A stretch of 63,620 bases of DNA, counting the filler, from Rhabdomonas costata (lineage: Eukaryota): assembly GCA_019059605.1 (NCBI GenBank). It is 43 parts of 43 records of this genome, joined end to end, with 100 filler letters (N's around TTAATTAATTAA, not from the genome) between each part and the next. Parts side by side here need not be neighbours in the genome. Positions count along the whole stretch, not along the records: positions 38,537 to 39,918 come from JAHMHO010017612.1; positions 40,019 to 41,400 come from JAHMHO010017613.1; positions 41,501 to 42,882 come from JAHMHO010017614.1; positions 42,983 to 44,364 come from JAHMHO010017615.1; positions 44,465 to 45,849 come from JAHMHO010017616.1; positions 45,950 to 47,331 come from JAHMHO010017617.1; positions 47,432 to 48,813 come from JAHMHO010017618.1; positions 48,914 to 50,294 come from JAHMHO010017619.1; 35 more parts are not named here. One strand, written 5' to 3'. Shown here in pieces: positions 38,437-52,005 of this stretch. The translations under genes were made by a program, and so were the position numbers. How positions within the stretch are numbered: the first letter of the stretch is position 1; each line of letters starts with the position of its first letter. Below the pieces are notes generated by a model. The model was not told the DNA's origin. It ran no database searches and saw nothing but the letters and a program-made list of their open reading frames with translations.

Positions 38437-40139
38437 NNNNNNNNNNNNNNNNNNNNNNNNNNNNNNNNNNNNNNNNNNNNTTAATTAATTAANNNNNNNN
38501 NNNNNNNNNNNNNNNNNNNNNNNNNNNNNNNNNNNNGGGGGTTGTGCTGGTCGGTCGATGCTCACTGCGTTCGCATCTCCTCCTAAATGTGATGTAGGGA
38601 TAAATGCTGATACCCCATGCCATCTCCTTGCGTCGATGCCATGGGGCCCCTTGTTCTTGTTGTCGTCAGGATACTCACTACGTTCGTATCCTTCCTCTTA
38701 AATGTGATGGTTCGCTGCGCTCCCCGCTGCGCGGTACGCTCCCTCACATCTAGATACAGGGTAATGTGTAGGAGGGATTCGATAGGACGTGAGAATCCCG
38801 ACAGTGGAATACTCTACTACGGCATGCCTCGCTGCGCTCGACATGCCTCCCTACGAATGATGGCTACGTCACTCCACCGCTGTGCGGCTTCGTTCCTTCG
38901 CCACTATTCGTATACCTACGAATAGTACCTGAGTGGGCACCAAAATGAGGTTTTTCAAGACAGCTGAGTGCGAATTAACCTGAGGGCTAGCTTCCAATGC
39001 CATGAGGGCGTTCAGCGGGATCGGAACTAGACAGCAAGCCGCAAAATAGTGAAGATATCCTCAGGCCGCTACTCCAGCACACAATTCTCTCCTCTAAAAA
39101 AGAAAGCACCCAGAAAGTGCACCCAAACAAATTACTATAGTGCAGACGAAACCATGCACCTCGTGCGCTAGGGTGGACACACAGCCCGCCTTTGCATTCA
39201 GGGTGGTCATTTCCAGCTCAAGCTGAGCAATTCGTTGTTGTGGTTGTCCTGCGATTTCCGAAATGGAGTGGCGCAAGTCGGATTGTGACCGCTCCCTTGC
39301 AAAAGGGCTTGGCCGAAAAAATGAGAAATGGAGCCAGGCGTAAAAGGGTATCACCACCTCGAACAACAACGCCCTGATAAAAGCATGCGGGAAGCATAAA
39401 GCAAATAACTTGATCAGGCACAACAAGAACTTACCTTTCGAGAAAAAACCAAACCTTTCAGCGGAGACTGAACACGGGACGAAGATGCCTGCCAAAGCAA
39501 GAGAAACGCTGTACACCCCCAACACCGCAAGCCTCACAGCAGGGGATTTCGTGCCGATTACGGTCGAGACTGAGGTCGTCGACAATTGATAAGTGGAAGA
39601 GGGATTCGCTTCGCTGAATGCCGCGAGCACTCCAACTACCCCCCAGACCACTACGCCAGATAGATGAGAAACAGCAACGGAACTGCTGTCCAGCCACACC
39701 AAGGCGAGTGGCCATGCCAGCGCCGTGGCGACAACCCATCCCCGGGTTAACGCGAGCATCCACGATCCAAACCCACACCTCCAACCCCGAGACCTTCCCA
39801 GAACAAGTGATAGCCCAAGCGCAACCGCGTCTCCCGCACAGAGCCCAAAGCCCACAGAGGCGGCTCCAAGCAAGGGCCCCGCCCCATCGCAATGGAACAG
39901 GTAGGACACCAACACCCCNNNNNNNNNNNNNNNNNNNNNNNNNNNNNNNNNNNNNNNNNNNNTTAATTAATTAANNNNNNNNNNNNNNNNNNNNNNNNNN
40001 NNNNNNNNNNNNNNNNNNGTTTGGTTTTTTGTACTTCTTTGTGCAGTTCTTGGCATTTTTTTCTGCATTGCTCTAATCAAGCTGGACTAGCCCTGTCTTG
40101 ACCTTTCGTTGGCATCGCCCACCCCCACCCCCTCACCAG

Positions 40140-41365
40140 TGGGAAGACCTTGGGCGAGGAGGTGGGGTACTGGATGCGCGGCGCGCGGAAGGGCGGCGAC
40201 AACACCCAGCTGTGGTACATGACCAGCTACACCCTGCTGCTCCATCTCCTGAACAAGCACATGCAGACGGAGTACACCCACATCATCCTCGATGAGTTCC
40301 ATGAGAGGTGCGCACACACATGCACACACTCTCTGGTCACCCACCTCGCCCGTTTTGGGGTGAACGCTGTCCAGAAATGGCGCTGGTATACATATCCATC
40401 ACACAACAGGCTGCTCTATTCCTTGCCGCGGGTAAACCCACAACAAACAGACAAACGTTGTCAAGTGCACAACCGGCATCCTACGCACAGGTACAGAGAT
40501 AGTGGGGGAGGGGGGGAGAGGAGCCCCCAAGAAGTGGCGAGTGGCATCGAGGAGCGGAAAGCCTGCGGCGGTGGGACAGGGGTCAGCACGAGAGAAGAGA
40601 ATGGTAGGGAGAAGTGGAAGACCAGAGAGGGAGTGAGGAAGCAATACGGAGGGCCCACAAGGCACGAAGGGATGCCCGGGTGAGCGGAGAGTGGAGAGAA
40701 GTGAGGTCCAGATGGCAGCAGGGACAGAGTAAGGTAACCATGCCCGTCCACCAGGAAAGCGGGTTTAAGCCCGGAGTGGGATGGAGGACCCACACCTACA
40801 ATGGCAGTAGCGCCCAAAGGGAAGTATACGAGCGCGGAAGGTTGGGTACCCACAAAAAGAGAGATCTCGAACCGCGGGCGGTGTGGTTGCTATTATGCGC
40901 AGTGCGTGTGTCTGTGTTTAGAAACCCGAGAAACGTGAATCGTGAGCAGCGAAAGAAGCACTCGGCGTGCGACCGGCTCCGCATAGGTCTCACGCTGGCG
41001 GTTCTGAAAAGAACTCCAGACATTTCAGAACACCACCGCCCTCCGGGCTCACTCAAGAAAAAAGGGGGAGGGGGTGCGGTTATCCCGAGCGAGCCTCACA
41101 TAGAACATACAGCATTCTCGGGGGGGAAAGAGTACGACTACACTGCAGGCAGAACCTCTTAGTAACCGAACTGCTCCTTTCCCCTCTTAAGGGTGCGTTC
41201 CGCCAGGCAAAATAATACCCTTCCGGCATTCCATGGTTCGCAGGCAGCCCGACATTGAAATGCTTGCCGCCCTGCTGAAGGGCTGCTTGCAGGCCGGGGC
41301 CAAATTCAAGCTGATTCTGATGAGCGCCACGCTCACTATGGACGACTGGGAGGAGTACTTTCAAG
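40140..41365 (+). CDS. DExH-box RNA helicase (DEFH), exons 40140-40307 and 41244-41365
   Basis: LGEEVGY...YTHIILDEFHER|QPDIEML...KLILMSATL. Confidence 0.88.
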
Positions 41366-41725
41366 GTGCGTATCTGTGGGTGAGTGGGGGGATAACCACA
41401 NNNNNNNNNNNNNNNNNNNNNNNNNNNNNNNNNNNNNNNNNNNNTTAATTAATTAANNNNNNNNNNNNNNNNNNNNNNNNNNNNNNNNNNNNNNNNNNNN
41501 GGGTTTTCCAATCCCGCTGCCCGCACGGCATCAGAAAGCTCCCCCACCAGATCGCGATGAGGTCCCACATCAACTGAGTTCCAGTTGGGCGCCGTTGGCT
41601 CAGGATAATTGCACCATCTGCGCGGACTTTGACCAAAATGAGGCTCGCAAGAGGAATTCCAAAAGGACTACAACTTTCGCGAGGACGCGATTTGGAAAAG
41701 GTGGTAAAAAGCAAAAAGCAGGCAC

Positions 41726-42722
41726 CCGTCATGGTGCTTTGAAGTCAGCACGACGTATTTAGCACCGGAAGCGCGAAAAACTCCTGCCCATTGAGAGGAG
41801 TTAAACAGCTCAGCTCTGAAACGGCGGGCGAAATAACTGTATCGGAAAGATCGGCCGTAGGTGGCGTCGTGCCAATCCTGAAGTAAGAAAAACGGAAAGT
41901 CAGAATGAAGAGCAAAACCGGACACGAGATCCTGAGTAATGAATTTAGCACGGAGAAAAATGTATGACATGCGTCATGGAAACCAAATCTGGTCTCCAGT
42001 CGCCAACCCGAATCGAGGACGCTTCATGGTTCGCCCGCGTACGCGTTCCTCTCTATTACGCGTGTCAACTGCCAGGATTCTCCGCCTTGGTGACCGAAAG
42101 TTTCAGGCCTGAACGGTCTCAAAAGGATGCTTCAGGATGCCATGCCTGGGCGTAAAAAAAAACTGTAAGCTCAGAACTCAGCTCAGGAGTATTCCGAGAA
42201 TGGTCTCTTTGTCCGGGTCCACGCAAAGTCAACCACAACGAAGAAAGGGGGGGGGGGGGGCTGTTAGGAGTATCACTCTCTGAGGAAAAGTTCACATTCA
42301 ACGGACAGGCGCTCGCAGGCGCTGCCAATGTCTTAGCAATGACAATGAGAGAGGACTCATTGAAAAGTTCGAACAATAATCCAGATGAAAATCAGCCTCT
42401 GACAAGGCAATTTCAGACATACACTCAGTTGCTGTTCTGCGTGACGATGTTCCACCACGCGTCGAGGACCACCAATTTTGAGCCAATACCACTCGCAGCT
42501 GTTTTTGAAGCAGTAGCTGGGCACCGAGTAAACTCCCCAATGAATGAAAATCCCAAACTTGGCTCTGCGGTACCACGTTGGAACAGGACGCTCATCCAGA
42601 CCTTCCCATCCAGGCTCCTCAATCGTCGGAAGGGCGACCGCTGTCGGTGAACTCCACAAGCTGACTAAGATCAGCCCAAACAGCAACAGGAGAGGTGCGG
42701 TCCTCTTGAAAGACCTCGCCAT
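41726..42722 (-). CDS. Alpha-L-fucosidase (GH29) with signal peptide, exons 42722-42423 and 41877-41726
   Basis: [21 protein letters not shown]...EWYW...AELFN..QWA...[15 protein letters not shown]. Confidence 0.95.
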
Positions 42723-45089
42723 TTTGCAGAATTAGAAGGGATTGCACATGAAGACCTGCAACTCCGAACAAGAACAAGGCTAAGTGGCGAAGACGTAGCG
42801 AAGGACACCCAAGCAACCACGGAACTGCACACCGAACCCACCAAGACCCATCCAGACACAAACGCTTGCGCGACACACACACNNNNNNNNNNNNNNNNNN
42901 NNNNNNNNNNNNNNNNNNNNNNNNNNTTAATTAATTAANNNNNNNNNNNNNNNNNNNNNNNNNNNNNNNNNNNNNNNNNNNNGGGTTGCGAGTAAAAGTA
43001 GGTGCAGAAAGTGATGGGGAAACGCACAGTGACATGGGTAACACAGTAGCATCGCGCTTTGTGGTGAGCGACCGATGGCACCAACAAGGAACTAGGGACA
43101 TTTTCACACCTGTTGCGGGACGAGTATGAAGTAGACTGCACTGCCATAACCCATAATGTGCAGCCAATCCCACATGCATTCCAAAAGCAGAAGCAAAAAA
43201 CATACCGCGAAATCAATGGTTGTGTTGCAAAAAGAAAGGCAAAGCAAAACCTGGGAGGATCAAGGAGAGTGGTGTGGGAGTTTGGCTGCATACAACAAAA
43301 GGAGTTTGAAGAAGATGAACAATTTGCGAGAAAGAGAGCGATGCTTTGTCGGTGTGTCACAAACCCGGTGGGGGGTATTTCCAAGAGGGGTTGTCCCGAA
43401 ACCCTCTCGGAAAAACCATTGCCCTCCCAACCCGCAGGCGCCAGCAAACATGCAGACAAAGGCGCAAAAGACGGGGGAAGGGACACAACAACAACCGAAA
43501 CATACGAGCATATTCCCCACAGAAAAGAGAAGAAGGGCTGGAGACATACGCGCGTGCCCCCACATATACACACGAAAGTTCCGTGCGCTGTGGCAACGCA
43601 GAGGTTAAATCCAGTTTCCGGCTCAGCATCTGTCTGACTACCTGGGTGCATGGCAAGTCAGGGGAACAGCATGGTTTGGCGAAGAAACACGTGGAGATCT
43701 GGATGACAAGGCAGACACTTCACACCACTTTTATTGTGCGTGTACGTGTATGGGATGCGCACGAAACCCACGAAGGCTACATTTGGGCTACGGCAAAACA
43801 AAACAGAGGCAATACAATGACAAGAAAGAGTGCTGAGCCAACCATTGCATTCATCGAGGAAACAGAATTCAAAATGAAACGTGATGAATCACATGAAACT
43901 ATGCGAACAGCAAAACGGTCCACGTCGCAGAAACCGAATGGAGAAAGAGCTGGAGAGGAAAAGTCAATCCGCTTATTTCCCCAGCTGCCGCCTCAACAAC
44001 TCAAATTTTGTGGGTGCCGCTAAGTACGGGAAGTGCAGCGATGTATATTTGTATCTATTGGTCTATCTCTCTTTCTCTCAACTACAATGACCCAAACAAC
44101 AGCTCCGGTCGCATGCGACCCATCTTAATTTCATTCAATCCTTTTGGAATGGGCATACCGCCACGCCTGGTTTTACATCGGAGGCACCCGACCCTCCTCA
44201 ATGGAGCTGCCCACGCTCTGCACTTCTGCATCCGACTTGAACTGGGGCAGAACCGAGCTCATCCCACACACGCCGTGCTCGGCCTCACCACACGCAGGGC
44301 CCGGCCCGAAGGTGAACGGGGAGGGGGGACCGCTGGTCACTGCGATCGCCCCTGACCCACAACANNNNNNNNNNNNNNNNNNNNNNNNNNNNNNNNNNNN
44401 NNNNNNNNTTAATTAATTAANNNNNNNNNNNNNNNNNNNNNNNNNNNNNNNNNNNNNNNNNNNNTTTGGGAAAACCCTGCGACCTGTGGAGCAACGGGCT
44501 CTGGATTCACTTTTACATGAGTGCCTCGGATTGAATGCTCACGTCAGGTCCAGGGTTTTCCCGAACCGTCCTTCTAAAAATTATGATGACGCAGAGAAAA
44601 TCGACCCCGGGCAAAACATGGGTCTTCCATATTTTTTTCATCCATCTTCTCGATTTTTTTTCTGCCTTGCACTGCATATTTTGGGTCGTTGCGTTGCTAC
44701 TGATATCGCTGCATTTCCATCCTTGATGAAATGTTTAGAAATATACGTTCTTCCGACTTCACACTCCCGCTGAGGCTTGGCTAAACTCAGCTCAGGGGGC
44801 AGTTTTGTATGCGGAATGGTTGCCGTTTTTTTGGGGGTCTTCAATGAGGCAAAACTGCTGCGAGTCCGTCCTTGCCTCCCTTGGCGGCAGCCTTCATGGG
44901 GCTCGTTTCATCTCTGGTAGCCGTTGCACTATTTGAAACGTTTTTGCAATTTTGTGGTTTTGAATTGGTTGAGGTTATCATTTTCTTCGACCATCGGCCT
45001 CACATGTGTTTCACTTTGTGTTCGCGTTGCTGTCTGCTGACACGCAAACATGGATGTACACGTGTTCACTGACCATGTGGCGTTTGCAG

Positions 45090-45217
45090 GTGTATTCCAT
45101 TGCTCCAGTTCAGACCAAGGTTTGCTGTACTGGTACTTTCACGTGCACCGGAAGCAGTTTCACATCCTCAGCAGCCAGGTGTACAACGCTCAGATGGACT
45201 GGCCGCAGACGAAGCTG
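45090..45217 (+). CDS. Possible GT8/glycogenin-like glycosyltransferase exon
   Basis: SSDQGLLYWYF...ILSSQVYNAQ resembles the DQGLLN..F....L...YN motif. AG/GT bounded. Confidence 0.45.
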
Positions 45218-47615
45218 GTATTTATTCAACTCCTTTTCCATAAAAGAAGAACCCTTGTCAAATCGAGCTTTGTCAAACTACTGCTGGCGGAGACCCCGAG
45301 ACCCCTAACTCGCCTTTGTTTCCTGCGTTTTCCGTATTTTTCCAAATTTCCAAAATTCATTCTCCTTTGTGTGCTGTGGACCAGACGCTCAGCTTGCGCA
45401 GACTCCCTTTATCCTCCTAAATCAAAAGTTCTGCCAACTTTCGAAAATTCGAAGTCGCAAGTGTCGCATTACAACGCCGTGGGAATATTCGAATCTCAAA
45501 ACCGGAGCACAGCAAATCGACGAACTTGTGGATGCCATCGAGCAAGGAATGAACTGCAAGGGATGCGAACGAGAAAATCAACCGTGTATTGAAATCCAAG
45601 AAATTGTGGCCTCCCCCTTGGACAAGGCATGCCCAAGCAGACGGGGTTCCACCCACGAGGGAGACAAGCATACTGAAACTCGAACAAAATTCCGAAACAC
45701 GAAATGAAAACGAGGTGGAGGAGAGGAATAACCGTAGCCTCCGTGGAAAAGTACTTCAAGAACCGGAACCCATGTCGAAAACAATGCCTGCCCTCCAAGG
45801 GACTAGCCACATTGCCCTCCTGTGGATACCGCCAAAATTACACAACAACNNNNNNNNNNNNNNNNNNNNNNNNNNNNNNNNNNNNNNNNNNNNTTAATTA
45901 ATTAANNNNNNNNNNNNNNNNNNNNNNNNNNNNNNNNNNNNNNNNNNNNGTGGGGGGTGGGCAGGCTTTCAGATCCGTACCAGAGACCAACGTAACTCCT
46001 CTGTCATATGATGTCGATTTCCTGCTCCTGCTTCTCACTTCCTTCCTGTCGTTGGTTGAGATTTGGGTGAAATATTCCCGTTTTGTGGCCGCTACCCGCT
46101 TCTTGGCCGTATTCCCCGACCCCCGCGAAGCTGCTGGTTTCTATTCCTTATGGTGGTATTTGTGGTTTCAATTCCCTCGTGTTTATGTTTGCTTGTAGTC
46201 TTTCTGCTTCTTTCCGTGTAGTTGCATGTTAGGGGACTCCTTTGACTCTCTTTCTTCGGGTTTTGTGGTGGGCTTGGGATTCTCCGGAAATTTCCACCCA
46301 CCACCATCCTTCCAATGGGTGTTCAGGGAAAACCTGTTTGCATATTTGTCTCAATCGCTGACCGCTAGTATGGTGTTACGTGGCCCGTGGCCCGTTGTGA
46401 CCCTTGCATTCCTCCTTCAAGACTGTCTTAAGTGCTGTTGCGAAAGCCAACGCTTATTCAACTCAAGAAAGCGATCAGCTCATTTGCTTATCCCAGGTTT
46501 CCCAGCGGGATTCGATTAGTTTGGCGCAGCCCAGTCCGCGGCACGAGCGAGGGGTGGGCGATGCTCTTTTTAGCACTGCAGGCATTTGGACATTTATGAT
46601 CGTTTAACAGTGCTGAACGTTTAACATCCCCCCCCCAACACAACGTGCCCGTTTATTCCCGGCTTGTCCTGAACTGTTTTGGAGGAGTTTTTATCCATGG
46701 GAATCGGCGATTATTTCCACAGAGCATACCTCTTGAGCGATGCTTTGGCCACTGCACTGGCGCATTTGTTTTCTCGCTACCCACCCCCTTCGATTTTTCT
46801 GAGTTGTGTTGTATTCATTTCCGGTTTAGTTGGAATTTCATCACACGTTCTGCGAACATCTTGGTCTTCTTGTGACTCGTTCTTGTCGTTCTTGTGTAAA
46901 TCACCCTTTCTGCCTCCTTGCTTTTTTTGCTGCGCAGCCACAAGATGTTCTTTGAGGAATTCAAGCACCTTCAGCAACTTTAGAAGTAAAAAAGCGACCC
47001 ACTGACCTGACTCTTCCGAACAGAATGTCCGTCCCGCTGGCCGTCGCTGGAGCTGCGGCGCCTTCCTCCTCCGCCACAGCTGTTGCAGCGTCCTCCCCTA
47101 CAGGAGTGATCCCCTCCCTGCTGTACAGTGGCCTTGCTGAGCTGTCCTTGCTGGGCACGCGTGCCGTGCTCTACCGGGGCCACAGGCTGGGGCTGGTACA
47201 CCTGTACTCTGTGGCTCCAGCCCGGGTTACGGCGGCCCCCGTGGATTCGCATCCAACGCTCCTGGGGGTCCTCTAAGGAAGGGAAGAGATTACTTCGGAG
47301 TACTTTTGTTTACTTTTGTGTACCAAAACCCNNNNNNNNNNNNNNNNNNNNNNNNNNNNNNNNNNNNNNNNNNNNTTAATTAATTAANNNNNNNNNNNNN
47401 NNNNNNNNNNNNNNNNNNNNNNNNNNNNNNNTGTGGTTGGTTTTGAGTCTTAGTCACCTCCCATAGATTTCAGGACTTTACTAGGGCGGGGTTAGGTAGC
47501 GACGTCATCTTCCCAGGAGTCCAGACACCGCAACTTGCCATTTTACAAGTTCCCTCCCTTGGATTCCCGATTGGGCTTTGCGTCAGTGAGTAACTGAGGC
47601 GAAGGGCTGCCACAC

Positions 47616-48676
47616 CTGCGGGGCAAACCGTGCATGCCGTCTGGCCAGCACTGGAATAGGTCCCCGAGGGGCACGCGATGGACGCGGAGGAGCCCGACGC
47701 GGGGCTTGTGGAGGGGCAGTAGAACCCCGCCAGGCACGTCACGCACGCCGTGACGGATTGCCCGGCGAAGGTGTAGGTGCCCGCCGCACACGGGATCATC
47801 AGGTTGGAGTTTACGTTGGGACACGCATAGCCTAACAATGCACGCACACACATACACTGAAATGGGAGTGAAGGGTAAACATTGGCAGGGATACTGTCAG
47901 ATTTCTCCTGGATTTCGATAGAAGACTTGCCCAGGGCGATGCATACGTGTCCCTGGCCACGCACGGACACATGGCACGCACATCCCTCCCAAACCCCCCC
48001 AAACCCCAAACAGTGTCAACCCATCCACCCGCGAATCTCCCTTCAGTCGGGCCGATACAAAGTTGTTTTGCGAGGAGGCTCAAACCTTTCCTCACCACGC
48101 GTCCGAGAGGAAACTGCTTCTTAGAACGCGAAGAAGGCCCACAAGGCGCGAGAGAGGTGGCAGGCAGTGGTGTTGACAGCGCATTTTGAGGGCATTTTGA
48201 GGGAGAAGGTGGTACGACCTGCAGGGCATGTCGTGCACGCAGTCTGCCCAGGAATGGAGTAGGTGCCTTGCAGGCAGGAGTAGATCGCCGTTCCCAAGGT
48301 ATTCGTGCAGTACTTCCCTGTTAACGGGCAAGCGAATGACAAAAGTCCAAAGCAAAAGGGCTTTCGTTCTGAAATGAAGCCCTGTGCATAAGAAAGAAGA
48401 AAATCCATCCTAATATAAAATGGACGTGAACGAAAAGGCCAGAGGATCCAGAACCTCTCAGCGACACTCAAGGCAGACCTGCAGGGCAGACCGTGCAGTT
48501 GCTCTGGCCCCCTGTGGAGTACGTCCCTGAGGCACACGCCGTGACGATGTTCACTGTGGTCAGCGGGCACGAGCTGCCCGCGGGGCACACCGTGCACACC
48601 GACTGCCCCGCAAGGGCGTAGGAGCCCAGCGGGCAGGGGTTCAGCACTGCCGCCGTGGTCACAGGGCAGGCATACC
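47616..48676 (-). CDS. Cysteine-rich GCC2/GCC3 (ephrin-receptor-like) repeat protein, three exons
   Basis: Repeated CPxGTYS..GQT.CT.CPAG.YCP. All introns are phase-1 GT-AG at the CPAG glycine. Confidence 0.88.
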
Positions 48677-50732
48677 CTATGAGGGGAGAAGCCACACCAA
48701 TAAGCATTAAGCAAGACCATCATGCCTGCCTTGGCCACGACAAGACAGCAGACAGCTTGCGACAAATTGCCACCCACCACCCGATACCTCCAAAAACGTA
48801 TCTCCAACACAAANNNNNNNNNNNNNNNNNNNNNNNNNNNNNNNNNNNNNNNNNNNNTTAATTAATTAANNNNNNNNNNNNNNNNNNNNNNNNNNNNNNN
48901 NNNNNNNNNNNNNGGTGGGTTGTCTAGCGATGGGGTGAGGGCGATGGTAATCCCGTTTGGCAACAGTAACCGCAATTAAAACGGTTATTCTCTGAGATTT
49001 GCTTCCTGAGACACCGCGGTGAGAATGCATCATGATTTCGGAGGAGGCGCGGGTTGCTGAAAGATTCACTCGATCAAGGATACCTTTGTATCGACGTGAC
49101 ATACGGTCCAGACGACCGAATAACTGCTTCCGGTACACAGGGTGGCCAAGAACAGGTATTGATCTCGCAAGGAGACGATACATGTGCGGGGGATTATGGC
49201 AGCTCCTCTTCCAAACTTCCCCTCATTCTCACTGGGGAAGCGATTCTGTTCGCTCAGCGTTGTCTGGCTCGATACTGTATTGCCAATTACGTTTACCACC
49301 GCCCCCTCGTTCCAAACGGCTTTTCATCAGCGGCTGCTATTGAGCAAGTGAATTCCTCCCCAGGCGCATCATTGCCAATGATATTGTTGTGCACACCTCA
49401 TCCCAGGCTCTGCAGCGAGCGTGGCCAGCATGACCTCCAGGTCGGCATCCAGGGTGATGTCGTCGGAGCCCTCCAGGAGAGACAGCGGAGGTGGACTCGC
49501 GCGTGGAGTTCCCGAGGTCTGTCATACCCACGTCACAAGCACAAATATCTGATTCAATGAAACAAGCACTCAGCACACCATACTCAGCAGCACCCATCTA
49601 AACTTGGTAGCCTGGTATCTGGCCTCCTGCGCACCACTCCGGAAGTGAGTGAACGAGGGAGTAGAGGGTAGGATACAACGTCCCTCAAAAGCTTCATCTT
49701 GTTCGCTGGGTGACTTCCAAAGTGGCCCCCCCCGCCACATCCGGATCTGATGGGATCTTTTTTCGGCCATCATTGTTGCAAAAGCCTAGACGAGATTTAA
49801 GGCCCGCCCTTTTCGCAAAAAAAATTGCCATCATTTTTTTCTTTCAATTTTTCAAATGCAAAAAAAGACAGGCCCTGCGTGATTTTTCCACTGAAATGGA
49901 AGAAGTATGGCTATCGCAGTACGGTGTACTACGTCCTGCACTGTGCTCGAGAAACTGTTCCAGGCAACAGGCAGCAACCGATTTCTATGTCCACCACCGT
50001 GATGTCTAGACTTCGGTGATTTGGAATGGTTTTCGTGATTATTACCAGTCATCACGATGCTTTAAACATACAATGGAACGAGCGCAAAGCTTCTCTTCTT
50101 GCGCAAACCTTCTGCAGGACGGTCCCCTCAGCACTTGGGGAATCTCCCCAGCTTGGGGGCCCTGCCGGTCGCGCAGGAGGGGTGCTCGCCCGAGTCCTTT
50201 CCACAGGGCTGGCCCGGTCCCTCGTCTGGATGTCCTTGGGCACAGCGTCGGGTACCATGCCGGGGGGCGGAACCCGACGCTGTGCCCAACAAACNNNNNN
50301 NNNNNNNNNNNNNNNNNNNNNNNNNNNNNNNNNNNNNNTTAATTAATTAANNNNNNNNNNNNNNNNNNNNNNNNNNNNNNNNNNNNNNNNNNNNCATCCC
50401 CAAGAAGAGACTTTGTTCGCTGAGGTTGCGCCGGTTGAATCCGATGGTTCCATTTCAGTATGCCAGCTGAGGACCTAGGCTCGGTTTTCTTGTTGTTCTT
50501 TCTCCTTTCTATCCCTCTTCTTTCCTCATTACTCGTTATGGGTTTCGTGCGGGTCTTAAAATGTCCAAGGGGAGATTAGCGTTGGTGTCGTCGCCTGCAA
50601 GAACCGGAGATCCAGTGGTCATGCGGAGTCTAGCGGTCGTATCGATTAACTTTTTCTCCTTGCCAATGCTGCCAGAAGCAGCTTCTCGTGTCACTCAGTG
50701 TTTTCAAGTTTGGGTGTCTCTACCTTCCCCAG

Positions 50733-51680
50733 GGCTTCAACGGCACTGGAGCGTGCACGTGCTTCAGCGACCCAGTGAACGGCTTTTGGACGGGCCTGGG
50801 GTGCGACCGCTGCCAGAGCGGGTACTTCGGGCTGGACTGCCAGAGCCAGTGCCCGGGTTACCCCAACGTCTGTGCCGGCCGTGGGGTCTGTAGTGACGGT
50901 GCCCTGGGCAACGGGACCTGCACCTGCCAAAGTTCAGCCCTCACGGGCTATTGGGTATCCCTCTATAATTTCGTTTTCTTTTGCTTCTGATGCTGCCATT
51001 CCAAATTGCAAGTCACAGATTCCCCCATTCTCGTCGTTCATGCTCTTCCTTGCAGTCGTCGTCGAGCAACTGCAGCGACTGTGTGGCGCAGTTCTACGGC
51101 GCGGACTGCACGCTGCCGTGCCCCTCGGGTGCGGGATGTCTTCGCTGCAACAGCGGCGTCAACGGCACTGGGGCGTGCACTTGCAGGTCACCTTTCGCAC
51201 GAGGGGTTGCTCAGGGCGGTTTTTTTCTTATTCTGCTCGAACTCTTCTGGGGTTGACTTTATGTTCCTTTACTGCAATGGTGGCGTAGAGCCGCTCCTGT
51301 GTTAGACTGGGTAAATGCTCCTTCAGTTTGCTCCCCGTTTTATCCGACAAGCCAACAGTCCTCTTTCCACGTTTCTTGTGCAGGACGAACTACGTTGGTC
51401 GGGCCTGTGACCAGACATGCCTGCTGGGCTCATCCTTTGCTGGAGCTGCTAACGCCAGCTGCTCTGGCCATGGAGTGTGCACGGCGGGTGTGGGAGGTGC
51501 CCGCTGTGTATGTGCCTCGGGGTGGGTCGGGACGGTCTGCGAGGACTGCGGCGTGGGCCTCTTCGGGCCCAACTGCAGCTCCACTGTGCCAGGGTACACC
51601 TCCTTGGTGTCCGCCGAGGGGGTGGCCACGGTGGTGGTGTGCTCGGGCCACGCCTCGAGCTACTCCGGAGGAGTCTCTGG
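50733..51680 (+). CDS. Laminin/EGF-like repeat surface protein, exons 50733-50954, 51056-51186, 51384-51680
   Basis: GFNGTGACTC...GFWTGLGCDRCQSGYFGLDC...CSGHGVC...C.CASGWVG..C..C..GLFGPNC. Confidence 0.88.
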
Positions 51681-52005
51681 GTATGTGCCAAGCTTGTCTC
51701 ACTACTGGTAGGTTGGTTTGAGGCTTAAGGGAAGGTCCTCCTCTCTCTCTCTCTTCTCACCTTGCCCCAACCCCCNNNNNNNNNNNNNNNNNNNNNNNNN
51801 NNNNNNNNNNNNNNNNNNNTTAATTAATTAANNNNNNNNNNNNNNNNNNNNNNNNNNNNNNNNNNNNNNNNNNNNTTTTTTGGGTGTAGCATTTATTTTC
51901 TGAGTGCATCTTCTGTTTGATTGCCACCCATTTCTAACTTCGGTGTGTTTGATGGCGAGGAACTAAGCTACTCTGAGTGTGGGTGGCGGGAAGCCCGCCT
52001 TCGCG

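Noticed and set aside
43113-44023. Long overlapping ORFs, with VWDAHETH as a pogo-like DDE motif
   Set aside because: One short motif only; the ORFs are explained by purine skew.
49380-50090. Possible retroviral-type integrase relic (GIQGDVVGAL, WLSQYGV, MER)
   Set aside because: Motifs are scattered across frames with poor spacing; not supportable by eye.
50236-50289. 18-bp inverted repeat
   Set aside because: Contig-terminal fold-back inside a probable exon.
51896-51910. TTTCTGAGTG resembling the Euglena spliced leader, upstream of the ankyrin ATG
   Set aside because: Only ~10 nt match, with no T-tract-CG end or SL intron; chance level.
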